NCBI GenBank assembly: GCA_043228905.1
Contig: JBHGNT010000012.1
Coordinates: forward strand, 10,106,001-10,170,000
Reading direction: 5' to 3'
DNA length: 64,000 bases
Source: Azolla caroliniana
Lineage: Eukaryota; Plantae; Polypodiophyta
In this document: in pieces, positions 1-11,070 of the stretch
Position numbering within the stretch: the first letter of the stretch is position 1
How the letters are laid out: each line of letters begins with the position of its first letter
Made by a program: the position numbers and the translations under genes
The notes under the pieces: generated by a model
Databases searched by the model: none
What the model was told of the DNA's origin: nothing
Seen by the model: the letters and a program-made list of their open reading frames with translations, nothing else

Positions 1-30
1 TCCTTAAGCCTTCTTGTCGGCCGGGTAACA
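1..30 (-). repeat. First 30 nt of the 3' LTR of Gypsy A
   Basis: tccttaagccttcttgtcggccgggtaaca matches 17838-17867 with 2 mismatches. Confidence 0.9.
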
Positions 31-32
31 CA

Positions 33-49
33 TGGCACACCCGTGGGAC
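33..49 (+). other. Inverted PBS-like site (TGGCACACCCGTGGGAC) occupying the PPT position of Gypsy A
   Basis: 2 nt from the LTR boundary; on the element sense strand reads GTCCCACGGGTGTG-CCA, like a tRNA 3' end; no purine tract present. Confidence 0.75.
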
Positions 50-84
50 AGTACCCTGTACGTTGAACCCATTATCCGGCCCTA

Positions 85-2633
85 CTACTCTTCATTCAAA
101 ATGTCAAGAATGCTTTGCTCCAGAATTTCCAATGGCTCGTCGAGAATCTGTTGCTGCTATTGTGGCTGATGTTCCATTTGTGGCTGCTGCAGTGGCTGCT
201 CCATTTGTGCCTTCTCCGTTTGGGGCTGCTTCTCCGTTTGTCGCTCTTGCACCAGTGTTCCCTTCTTTGTTTCCTCCATCGGAGTTGTCTCTGGCTAACT
301 GACCCCGACCTGGTCCCCTTCTGGTCCTTGTACCGGCGACGGTTCCTCATCACTAAGGTTGACCATTGCTGCTTTCCTTGCTTTTTCTTCCTGAAGCCGG
401 GACCGCTCATAGCTCTCAAAATGGATTTGAGCCTCCAGCTGATCGTCGTCTAGTTGAGCTATGAGCTGTCGGACCTACACCAATTGTTCATCCGCCAGGG
501 CTGTGAAATCTTCGGCCAGCTCTTCCCTTATGGCGGTGAAGTCCTCCGATGTCAGCGGATAACAGTCGTCACCTTCCTTCCGCCGGTTTTCCACGTCTGC
601 CCTGAGCAATTGGAGTTCCGCCATATTTTGCACCCATTTCGTCCACCATCGTACCGAGCTCTCGTCAATCAAGCATTTGGTCTTGGTGAGCCATGCCCGG
701 AGGATGCACTGGATCCGTTCGGTTCCCATCTGTGATTTGTTCTCCGCGGCTTGTCGCCCCTCTTTCAATTGCTTGATGATTCTGACCGTGTCCGCCTCCT
801 GCTCCCTATAATGCGACAATTGACTTTGATAGGTTGTTTGCAACCTCTGTAACACCATTGTCGCCCTTTCCTTTTCTTCATGGTTCTGCTTGTGGAGCTC
901 CATCCGGTCCGTCGCCGCTTCCTCCAATAGCTTTGTATTCTCAGCTCGTTCATCGGTGAGTGCCGTTGTGGCCCTATGAACTTCCTGCCGGAGCTCGGTC
1001 ATCCTTTCCTGCTATTGCTTATACTCCGTCTCCAGCTGCTTGTAGTCCCGGTGCAGATGATCAAAATCATCAGTCTTCTGCTTCAGCCTCTGGTTGATCT
1101 ACCGGCGTGCGCGGTCCTCCCGGTCCTTCTGTTGACGGAGTTCTTCCTTCAGCCTTTCGATTTCCGTCTCCGCCATCCATCGCAGCTTGTCTTTCTCCTG
1201 CAGTAATTTCTCTTTTTCCTCCTTTAGCCGGTCGTAAGCTAGATGTCCTTTACGCAGGTTTTCCTCTGCCTTGTTCGAGGCACCGGATCCTTGATCGGGC
1301 CGTCTCTAGTTCATCGGTTGTGACGAGCAACCGTTCTGTTTGCGCTCTTTCTTCCGCCTCTATGTATTCGACTACTCCGGCAATTTGTTCTCCTATCCAC
1401 CGGAGCCATTGGCTGTCAGTGCCCTGTTGTTGCGTCTCCACGGCGGGTTGGCTGATGGGTTCACTTGCCGGTAGCTGGTTCCGCCTTACTGCGTCGAGCG
1501 ACAATTCCGGCTATACCTGCTGACCACTTTGTCGTTCCGGTTCCGGTTGTGTTTCGGCTAGCCACACTTGTTCTGCTTGTTCTTGGCTGGCTGAGGAGGC
1601 TGGCATTTGTATAACCGGCTCTTGAGTTACGGGTCTTGCCGGTGCTGCCTGTTGTGCAGGGACTTCTGTGACCGGTTCCATCCGAACCGGTTCTGGTGCC
1701 TCCCTTGGCATGGGATTCTCAATGTGGGTTGCAGGCGTTCCATCCTTCTATGGGTTGCGAATGCTTCCCGGCTGATTCTGCGGTCCTCTTCACCGGCCGC
1801 CGCTGGAGGTGCTCCGTAGGCTCTTCCTCTGTTTCCTCCTCCTGAGTCTCGGCATTCATTCTTGCCGCCAGGGTGTCCGTTTCTTGCTACACTGGTCGGT
1901 GGAGTGGGCTCTTCAGGGGTTGTGCCGGTGTCTCCTCGTGCGTGTCCGTCAACCGCTTCCGGCAGGCGCGCTCCTTTGCCGCCTTCTCTGCGTCGGTCAT
2001 CTTCCCCTTAGTGGCCTTGGAGGCCAACATCTGTTGTTGTTTTGAAGCAGGTTTTGGGGTGCCGTCTGTTGCTCTTCCCCGTTTCTTGGTCTGGGCGGGC
2101 TCAACAGGTGGCGCCGATAGGGTGAGCCATTACATCACCGCATGCCATATTTTCTGGCCTTCTTTGCCTTCCTTACCTCTTACGATATCAATAGCCGCGC
2201 ACAATCCGTCGGCGATCAACACCGGCCAATCCACCTTGACCCCTTCGTACGTTGCGATAATCAAGCCTGCTCGGTTCTGAGGCATAATGGGGGGTCGAGG
2301 GTATATGTGGCTGAACTCATGGAGTACACGGGCAATTTCGCGGAATAACATATCTTCGCCGCCCTGTGTCTTGTAGCCCTTGTTGGCGAGAGAATACTCA
2401 CCGAAATATTTGATGAGCTACTCGGAGGTAGGATTGTCGATCGTGTAGATGCCCCCCTCCGGAAGGCTTGTTAATGCACAGATCGCCTCCTCTGTGATCA
2501 CCTCTGTGTCGATTTCTTTGATAATCGTTTCGGCCTCCTTGTGTGGCGCCGCCTCCATGATTGTCAAGAAACCCTCCAGTCCGTGTTGCCGTAGCCATTT
2601 CTTGGCGGCTTCAGATAATGTTTGGCAATCCAT
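85..2633 (-). pseudogene. Extra 3' ORF (ORF2) of Gypsy A: globular N-terminal domain, long coiled coil, acidic tail; disrupted
   Basis: Fragments 2418-2912, 2130-2351, 1250-1504 and 475-1002 align with ORF2 of B (WLRQHGLEGFL/WMRENGLKGLL; QWLRWIGEQ/QWLRWLSEQ; AIREELAEDF/AIREELSEDF); ends EQSILDILNEE*. Confidence 0.85.
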
Positions 2634-3080
2634 CTCTGCGTCGAGGTCGGAGAGCGTTGGCGAGGTTTGACGGTGGAGAGAGTGTGAGAGAGAAAGTTCT
2701 GAGTGAGGGGGTTCTCTGTGCGCGAGCTCTCTTCGATTGATCTCCACGCGTCTGTCTGCGTCTATTCTCCTTGGTTCGCGAAAGACGAAGGTCTCGATGC
2801 GGGGGGCGTTTTCTCTCTGCATCTTGGCGCCTTTTTTGAGCCTACTCATGTGGAGGTCGTGTACTATAATAGGATTACGTGCCATGTGGCGGTGGTTTAA
2901 TGTCCTATTCATAGCCTCCTCATACCTTTTCGAAGTGCCTCTTTACTCCTCGTTTGCATGGCCGTTCCCACCACTCCTTTCCATGATTTCTTTGATGTGT
3001 TTCAATTTCTTTCTTCTTCTTTTTTTCTTTTTCTTTTTTTTTGATTATTAGGTTACTTCACCTCTGGTCCTACCGGACCC

Positions 3081-6000
3081 TTACCACTTATCTTCTGGTG
3101 CCACCGTTTCATCTGTTGCCATTTCCGTGGTGACTCGAAATAGCTCAGCATCCGGAAACTCGTATGGTACTCCGTCGCCGGTTTCGCCGGAATCTAACCG
3201 GCTTAAATAATCTGCTATACCGCATGCTATATGCCGGGTCAGTGGAATATCTCGAATTCGAATTCCTGTAATAGCAAAGTCCACCGGGCCAACTTACCGG
3301 TAAGTGACGCTTTGGACACTAGGTAGAGGAGTGTCGAATGATCTACATGGAAGGAAAACTTTCTTCCCAATAAATAATGCCTGAATTTTGTTATGCTGTA
3401 GATCATGCGTAAAGCTTCCCTTTCCGTGGTGGAATAATTTCGTTCGGCTTGGGATAACTTCCGACTTGCGTAATATACGGGCCGGTACCATCTTGGCTCC
3501 GTAAGTTGCATCAGCGCACTCCCGATTGCAATGCCGAACGCATCCACAAACACATGAAATTCCTTCGCCCAATCCGGGGGTTGCACTATCGGCGCTTGCG
3601 ATAGTAGAACTTTGAGTGCCCGGTACGCCTTGTCTTCGGTGTCGGTCCACTGGAATGGTGTTCGGTGTACCGCAGCGTGCAGTGGTGTAGCTAGGTCCGC
3701 CAAATACTAGAGCATTCGGCTATGCCAACGGATTTGGCCTAAGAAACGGCTCAATGCCTTTGCCATTGTTGGTGCCGGTGCCTCCAAGATTGCTTTTACT
3801 TTGTCTGGATCCACGGCGATGCCCTCCTTGCTCACAATTTGCCCCAGTAGCATTCCGCTGGACACGCCGAATACACACTTTGCCGGATTCAGGCTTAGCC
3901 GGTAAGCCCTACACTTTTCTAGACACAGTCGGAGGTGCTGAAGGTGGTCTCCTTCCCGGCTGTAAACGGCGAAGTCTCCGAATATTTCCATGATGATCCT
4001 CTGGAACGTTGCCGATGCCGTTTTTAGTCCGAACATCATCACTACGGCCACAAACACTCCCCATTCAGTGACGAAAGCCGTTTTCTCATCGTCATTGGGG
4101 TGCATCCGGATCTGGTTGTATCTGCTGAATCCGTCTAAAAAACTATATACCTCATGGCCGGCGACTGCGTCCAAAACTCCATCCGTAAATGGAAGTGGAA
4201 ATGCATCAGTTACCGTCGCCGCATTAAGCTTCCGGTAGTCGACACATACTCTAATTTTGCCGTTTTTCTTTGGTACGACTACTATCGGGTTCAGCCATGT
4301 AGATTTCTTTACGGGACGGATAAAGCCAACCCTCAGCAACTTGTCGATTTCCTCCTTGACTTTGGCGGCATAGTTTGGATTCATCCGGTACCGTCGTTGT
4401 GCTACCGGTTTGGCGTCTTTGCTCAAATGTATCTGATGCTGATATAGCTGAGGATCGAGCCCTCTCATATCCTCATAGGACCAAGCAACCACGTCCTGAA
4501 ACTCTTTGAGAAGTGTAATCATCACCGTTCTGTTCTCCGTAGTCATTTCCTTGGCTATTTGCACCGGTCTCGCCTCTTCTGTAGTTCCTAGATTTACCTC
4601 CTCTAGTTGGGATGTTTTAACCCGTTGTGATACGGCCATTTCTCTTTCCAGCGCTTCTTGTGCTTGCCGTAGCTCCCGAATCACTTCTTTATTTGGTTCT
4701 TCGTCCGCTCCGTCCGGTGGCAGTATGTATGGTGATACGGCTTCAGCTACGTCGATTTCGAACAGGGGTACTATCTTCGGATTATCTTGCAGGTATTGAT
4801 CCACCTCTTCGTCTGCTAATCCGTCCATCATATTGACACATTCGTCATATAGGGGTGTTAATTCCTTCCCGGTACCCGTCCGTGGTTGTGTCGGTACCCG
4901 TACTTTTGTTTTTCCCCACCGGAAGGTGATTATATTCTTCCTCTAGTTTTGTTTAATGTGCGCCGTTTTTAGCCACAGCCGCCCCAACAATAGCAGGTAA
5001 GCTCCTTGTGCCTGTAATTGTAGCACTACTACCAAGATGCGAAATGTGTGGCCGCCGATTGTTACTTCCAAATCTCGTATCAAGCCGGTCGGTCGCACTG
5101 AGCTTGTATCTGCCATCTGTAGCCAGAACGAGCATGGTTCCCACTCTTGGATTCCCAAGGTTGTGCATGTTCGGAGGCTAATCACATTGACGCCGGATCC
5201 TCCATCTATTACTGTTCCGGGTAACTCCTTTCCCTTCACGATGGCTGTGATCGCCGGACTGTTTGTGTCTACCACCGTCGGTCCCTACTCTGGATTTGAG
5301 AAGAATGTTGGTACCGGTGGTGTTTCTCCTGCCGTCATGCCTGTCTTGAGTCCTTCTATGAATCTGGGCACTAGTTGCAGGAGCCGTCCTAATAGCAGCG
5401 TGATTTGGCACTCCTGCAATGTCTGCCATGTCGCATTTTCGGTCTGATTGCTGTCGGCGAGCTCTTCGGTGTTCTCCTTTTGCTGCGCAAGTTCTGATAC
5501 GTTTCGCTCATTTGCCTTTTTCACCCATTCCGTTGCTTGCTTCCGGATGGCCTCTTGTGTCTCCCATTCCATCGCCTTGCCCTTCGACCTTGTGGTAACC
5601 TGCTGTAGGTCTGCGACTTCGGCGACTACCATGTTTACTGCCGGTCGCTTGTCATAGCTCTTTGCCAGACATTGATTACTATAATGTCCTTCTTGCCGGC
5701 AATAATAGCAATATGCTTTCCGGGTATTGCTGGATTTGGCATTGTTTCCTGTACCCGATGGAGGACCTATGGTAACCGCGGGGCTTTGGTCTGGTTGGTT
5801 GCTTGAGGCGCCTTTTTCCGGTTCACGTGGGTGGCTCCCTTTTTTGAAATGCCGTTTTTTATTAAAGTTCTTTTTGTTGTGGTACCCTTGAGGGGGTTGG
5901 TCGTCATATCTCCCGTAATCTTCCCGTCATTGGTGATACCCGGAGGAGTGATCCCGGTTGCTCGTACCGTCCATTGTAATCTCGGTACCTGTCATATCTC

Positions 6001-7304
6001 TCGTACCGGTCATAGTTGTCTCGCCGATCGCTATACCAGACATCTTGTGCCAGTCAATATCGCTCCTCTCGCTGCCAGCGTTCATCTTCTTCATCTCGGC
6101 TGCTACGTGGCTCAATTTGCCGGATTGGTGGTGCTTGCTGATTCAATAAGTTATATTCACACCGGTCCATCGTGTGGCTCGTAGATTGGCAGAGTAAGCA
6201 GTGCATCCGCATGGTGCACTCCAGTGCTGAGTGTCCGGAATTCAAGCAGGTCGTGCATTGGATTGCTTGCCGAAACCGGAGATCCTCATCAATTGGTAAC
6301 GCTCGTTGGAGGGCTCCCATTGTTAGCCAAGAGCTCGTTTTCTCCATTTCTCTAACCCAGTCGATGACCTGATCGACGGTGCTTGTGCAAAAGTCGATGA
6401 CCGTGCATACCGTTCGTAGAGGTTCCCAGAGCGCGGCTAAGAATATAAGCTGACTGGAGGTGTTCGGGTAAGCTGACTGTGCATCCGTTGAAACCGGATG
6501 ACAAACTGCGGAATGCTCTCCCTAGGGTCCTGCCGAATGGTATAAAATAGGCCCACCATTTCTCTCTGGTCCACCTCCTTCTGAAAGAAGTGCAAGAATT
6601 TGTCTTTCAGGTCCGCAAAGGTGGTGATGGTGATGGGGTCCTGCGTCTGGTGCTATCTGGCGGCCGGTCCTTCCAATGTCACGCCGAATTCGGCTATCTT
6701 AGATTGTTCCTCTTCGGCCGCGGTTAACCGTTGTGACACATGGTTCGCCTCCCATGTTTGTTGAAATGCGTGAACATGAGCCTCCGCGTCCGGGTCATCC
6801 CTATACTTAGAGTACTGGAACGGCATGTCGTCGTCCAATGTCGGTATGCGGGTTGGCGGTGTCGGTGTCGGTGGTCTTTCCTGCTGTTCCGTGGGCGTCG
6901 GAGGTCTTTGCCGGTCTTCCTTTGGTGTTGCCGGCTCGACTTCCGATGTCGGAGGTCTTTCTTTGTCTTCTTCCGTCTCCGGAGGTTGCTCCACGTCTAG
7001 TGCCGGAGGTTCCCGGTCTGACAACTCTGGTTCCGGTGTCGGTAATGTATCCGACTCCCCGTCCTCCGGTCCTCCTGGGGTGTCGTTACTGCTGCGATAG
7101 TTCGTGTGCACGCTGTAACCCCCTTCCGAATCCGATTCCAACGCTGAAAATGCTTCGGATTCGCCGTCTCTTCCGGTCAAGGCCTAAAGAAGGGATTCCG
7201 CTTCCCGGAGACTGCTTAAGCTGCTTCCTTCGTCCGGGTAGGCGTTGTGTTGCAGACGGAGCGACTCCTTCGCCACTTTCCGGATCATTTTGGAAAATGA
7301 TCGA
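3081..7304 (-). pseudogene. gag-pol of Gypsy A (gag, protease, RT, RNase H; integrase missing); N-terminal piece at 17238-17382
   Basis: Zinc knuckles CTTCLNSGHSALEC and CLLCQSTSHTMDRC, IDGGSGVNVI, RVCVDYRKLN, YASRKLSQAERNYSTTERE; several stops and frameshifts. Confidence 0.92.
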
Positions 7305-7694
7305 TGTTGTCTGTCTAGCTGGACTAGCCTCAACACAGGTGTCTATCCGACACTTCTCCAAAGGGGTGGTAAGGATTGGATGCTAGGTTACACGCGTAAG
7401 ATGATTACAATTAAGCACAGACGGTAAACAATACGAGATACAGATAAACACGCAATAATTACTATTGTATTACTTCCGTCAAAACCCTTTACAAATCATC
7501 GGATCCTTTTATAGGCATCCGGCAAGGTTACAATCGGTGCGCTTAGGCAACCGACATCCGAATCGGTCCGGATCCGGATCGGTACAACTGTACCGGATCC
7601 GTCCCTCCGAATAATAATTCTGCTATTATTTACTTCCTATTATCCGATCCGATTCCGCCTTCCCACTTGTCCTTGCTCTTATGACCGGCCAACA
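7305..7694 (-). repeat. 3' LTR of Gypsy B
   Basis: Direct repeat of 16848-17237; minus-strand TATA CCTATAAAAGG at about 7505-7515. Confidence 0.97.
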
Positions 7695-7696
7695 CA

Positions 7697-7712
7697 TGGC
7701 ACGCCCGTGGGA
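7697..7712 (+). other. Inverted PBS-like site (TGGCACGCCCGTGGGA) occupying the PPT position of Gypsy B
   Basis: 2 nt from the LTR; sense strand TCCCACGGGCGTG-CCA; 15/16 identical to the site in A although the A and B LTRs are clearly diverged. Confidence 0.78.
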
Positions 7713-7744
7713 AAGTGCCTTGCACTTCGAATCCACTCCCAGCC

Positions 7745-10648
7745 TCAGTCTTCCTCCAAAATATCGAGCACACTCTGCTCGATGGTGTCAAGTGGTGCTT
7801 CTTCCTCCTGTTCCTGTTCCTTGCCTGCCTGGTCTCCGACCTCTGGTTGGGTGGGCTGTTCCGTAAAAATTTGCTGCTCCGGCTCTGCTTGATTCTGTGG
7901 TGCCGGTGCTTCCTCACCGCTTCGTCCGGGTTCTTCCTGTTCTCCCTCCGTTCCTGGCTCTGTTCTGTTACCAGTGTCGCTTTCTCCGGTCTCGACTGGT
8001 CGACTCGATATGCCTCCTTCCTCTGCTCTGGTGTCTTCCGGTCTCAGCTCTTCTTCTTCTCCGGCATCGGTCTGCTCCTGCTCTTCTTCAAGTTCGTCTT
8101 CGGGTATTCCTCCTCGGGGTTGTTCGGTGTTGGTTGGTTCATCTTCAGCCGGTCGCGTTCCCTCACCAATAGTGGTTGGCGTCGTTCTTCCCTTAGCTTC
8201 CTGTCGTAACCGGTCCTGCTCGTATCTCTCCAACTCCAACTGAGTTGCGAGCTGCCCGTCATCCAACCTCTATACCAACCCTCGGATTTCTTTGAGGTGT
8301 TCTTCTGCTAAAGTGTAGAAATCCTCTGACAATTCTTCCCGAATGGCGACGATACTTTCTTCATCCATCTTGTAGAACTTGTCACCGGTCTTCCTCCGAT
8401 TCTCGGCATCCGCTCGGAGTGTCTGCAGCTCGGCTGCCTGTTGTGACCACTCCTTCCATAGCTTTTCCGTACTTTCGTTGATGCTTGCCTGAGCTCGGGT
8501 ACTCCATCCTGACATGATGAGCTTGATCCGGTCAACCCCTGCCTTAGCATGCGCATAAGCTTCCTGCTTTTCCTTCCTTGCCCGTTTTATAATGTCGGCC
8601 ATTATCTGAGCCTGGGCCTCGTAATCCGCTTTCTGCTTTTCATAGGTACTTTGCAGTTTGCTGATCGTGTTGGTCGATTTTTCCTTTTCTTCATTCCTGA
8701 TCTTGGTCAGGTCCAGCTTTTCCCGCCTTAGCGCCTCTAATTCCTTCCTTCTCTCCGTTGCTTGGGCTATTTCCGCCGACAATGCTTCCTTGTTGGCACT
8801 GACCTCATCCATCGCCTTAGCCAGGTCTAATCGGGTCTCTTTGAGCTGTTCTTTCAGCTTCTCTATTTGCCGGTCGTAGTCTGCTGCCCGTTTTTTGTTG
8901 TCCGACTCGGCCTGCTTGTGATCTCGGTAGAGACGGTCGAAGTCCTCCGTCTTCTGCTTCAGGCGTCGGTTTGCCTGAGCTCTTAACCGATCGTCCCGGT
9001 CCTTCTATTGTCGGAGTTCTTCCTGCAGTCGTTCTATCTCTTGCTCGGCATGTCGACGTAGTCGGTCCTTCTCCTTTTGCAGCTTCTCTTTTTCTTCTTG
9101 CAGTCGGTCATTAGCGGCTCGACCTTTCCGGAGGCCTTCTTCCATTTTTCGTCTGTCGTCCTCCACCGCTTTCCGCTGCTCCCTTTCTCTTTCCCTTAAT
9201 GCCTCTTGAGCTTTTAACTCCTCTCGTAAGGTTTCTATTATTTTTTCGGTCTCAGGGCCGGTTTGCAAGGCTACCGGTTCCGGTTCCGGTTCTGGTTGCT
9301 TCCTTGTTGTCCCGACCGGCTCGGTGACAACTTGTGCTTGTTGAATTCCTTCCCTTGCCTGCAACAGCTCCCCTTGCATTTCCTCGATCTGTGTTCGGAG
9401 AGCGACCAACTCCTGAGTTGTTGTATGCGTCAGCTGTTGCCTACACGTTTCTTCTTTTTCTAACTGGTCCGCTACTCCCGATAACTGCTCCGAAAGCCAT
9501 CGCAGCCATTGTGGCTTTGTTCTTCCTATGTCGGGGTGGCCTTGCTCACTTAACTCAGGCTGTTTTTCCGGCCTCTTCTCTGGCTCCGGCTCCGGCGCTT
9601 GTTCCTTCTTCTTCTCTGGGATGACCGGTTCTCTGAAGTTCGGCCCAACCGGTGTCGGTGCTGCTTCCCTGGGTACGGGTTCCGGTGTTGTTTCCGCCTC
9701 GGCTACTGGAGATGGTCCTTGCGCCCTCTGCTGAGTTCTGTCCACTGGTGGAGCCGGTCCTTTCGCCCGTTTCTCCCGACCTTGTCTTGCTGGGAGTCTT
9801 ACCAGTGGTTCGGATGAGTCTTCTGTTTCAGCTTCCTCCTCCGGTGCGGTTACCAGACGGACCTTTTGTATAAAGACCTCTGGTTCCGGTTCCGGCCGTC
9901 GCAGCGTTATATGGATTGGTTTGCGCGCTACCGATTCCTCCTCGGCCGATTTCCCTTTGCCTTTACCTGCCGGTTTTGCCTTTGTTGTCGGTTCCTGTTG
10001 CTGTCCGGATGGTCCTTCCCCCTGCTGTTCTGCTTCTTGCTGGGTCCATCCGGGAGTGTGTTTCTCCAAGATCTGTCGGCGCTTTGTGACCTTTTTCGGC
10101 GTCGTCTCCTGCCGACCTCTTTTCTTTTGTGTGATGGGGAGCACCGGTGGGACTAACACCGTTAGCCATTGTGCTATCCCGGCCCATGGCTTTTTTCCTT
10201 CCACAAGATTTTTGATGGCCTCCTTCAATCCTTCGGTTATGAAATGGAGCCAGTCTATTTGTAAGCCTTCGTACGCTGCTATTAAGAACGTTGCCCGGTA
10301 CTTGGCTATGGCCGGGGGACGGGGATTCACGAATCCGTATTCCATCATGGCGCGGGCCACTTCTCCGAACAGCAGGTTCTCTCCGCCCTGCGTTCAATAC
10401 GCCTTGCTGCTGATAGAGTACTCCCCGAAATATTCGAAAAGGATTTCACTTGAAGGGTTTTCGATTGTTTGAAGTCCTCCTGCTTTTATCCCCGTGAGCG
10501 CCTGCACCGCTCCTTCCGTGACTTCTGATATATCGATCGATGTTGCCGCCTGCTCTGGTTCTGCGTGTGGTGGAGCGTCGGCGATCCGCAGCAATCCTTT
10601 TAACCCGTTCTCCCTCATCCATTGGCGTGCCTCTTCCGACAGTACCAT
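7745..10648 (-). pseudogene. Extra 3' ORF (ORF2) of Gypsy B, about 968 codons, 3 premature stops
   Basis: ORFs 10394-10912, 9005-10360, 8270-8812 and 7745-8266 share one frame, separated only by single TGA/TAG codons. Confidence 0.88.
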
Positions 10649-11070
10649 TGTTTCGAATTCTTCTTCTGCTGCCTGTTGTTCAGGATCGCGCTGTGTGTGC
10701 TCTGTGCGTCGGGTCGCTCTTCTGTGCTTCTGCGCCTGTATGTAGGAAAATTCGTAAAAAGTGAGCCCTTCGCAGGCCTGTGTCTTATATAGTGGGTTGT
10801 GCCTCGAGCCGCCCTTTTTCGTTTCCAGCGCATGTTCCTCTCCCGCCATAATTAGTATGTCCTTTCTTGTTTGCCGCGTGTGAGTGCCCACGTTCCATGC
10901 TTTAAATAGCAAGTATGCGCACGTCCTTCTTTAATGCATGGCGCCTCTTCGTTGCATGGTGGCGCTCCCACCTCTTGTGATCTCCCCATCATTACTATGA
11001 TTCGCGTCGATTTTGCCCACGTCTTCTTTTTTTTCTTTTCTTTTTTTCTCTTTTCTTTGTTTGGACCACG

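Noticed and set aside
31-84. Short conserved peptide GFxVQGTxPRxCHV before the 3' LTR
   Set aside because: No start codon and out of frame with ORF2; the substitutions are explained at least as well by stem compensation.
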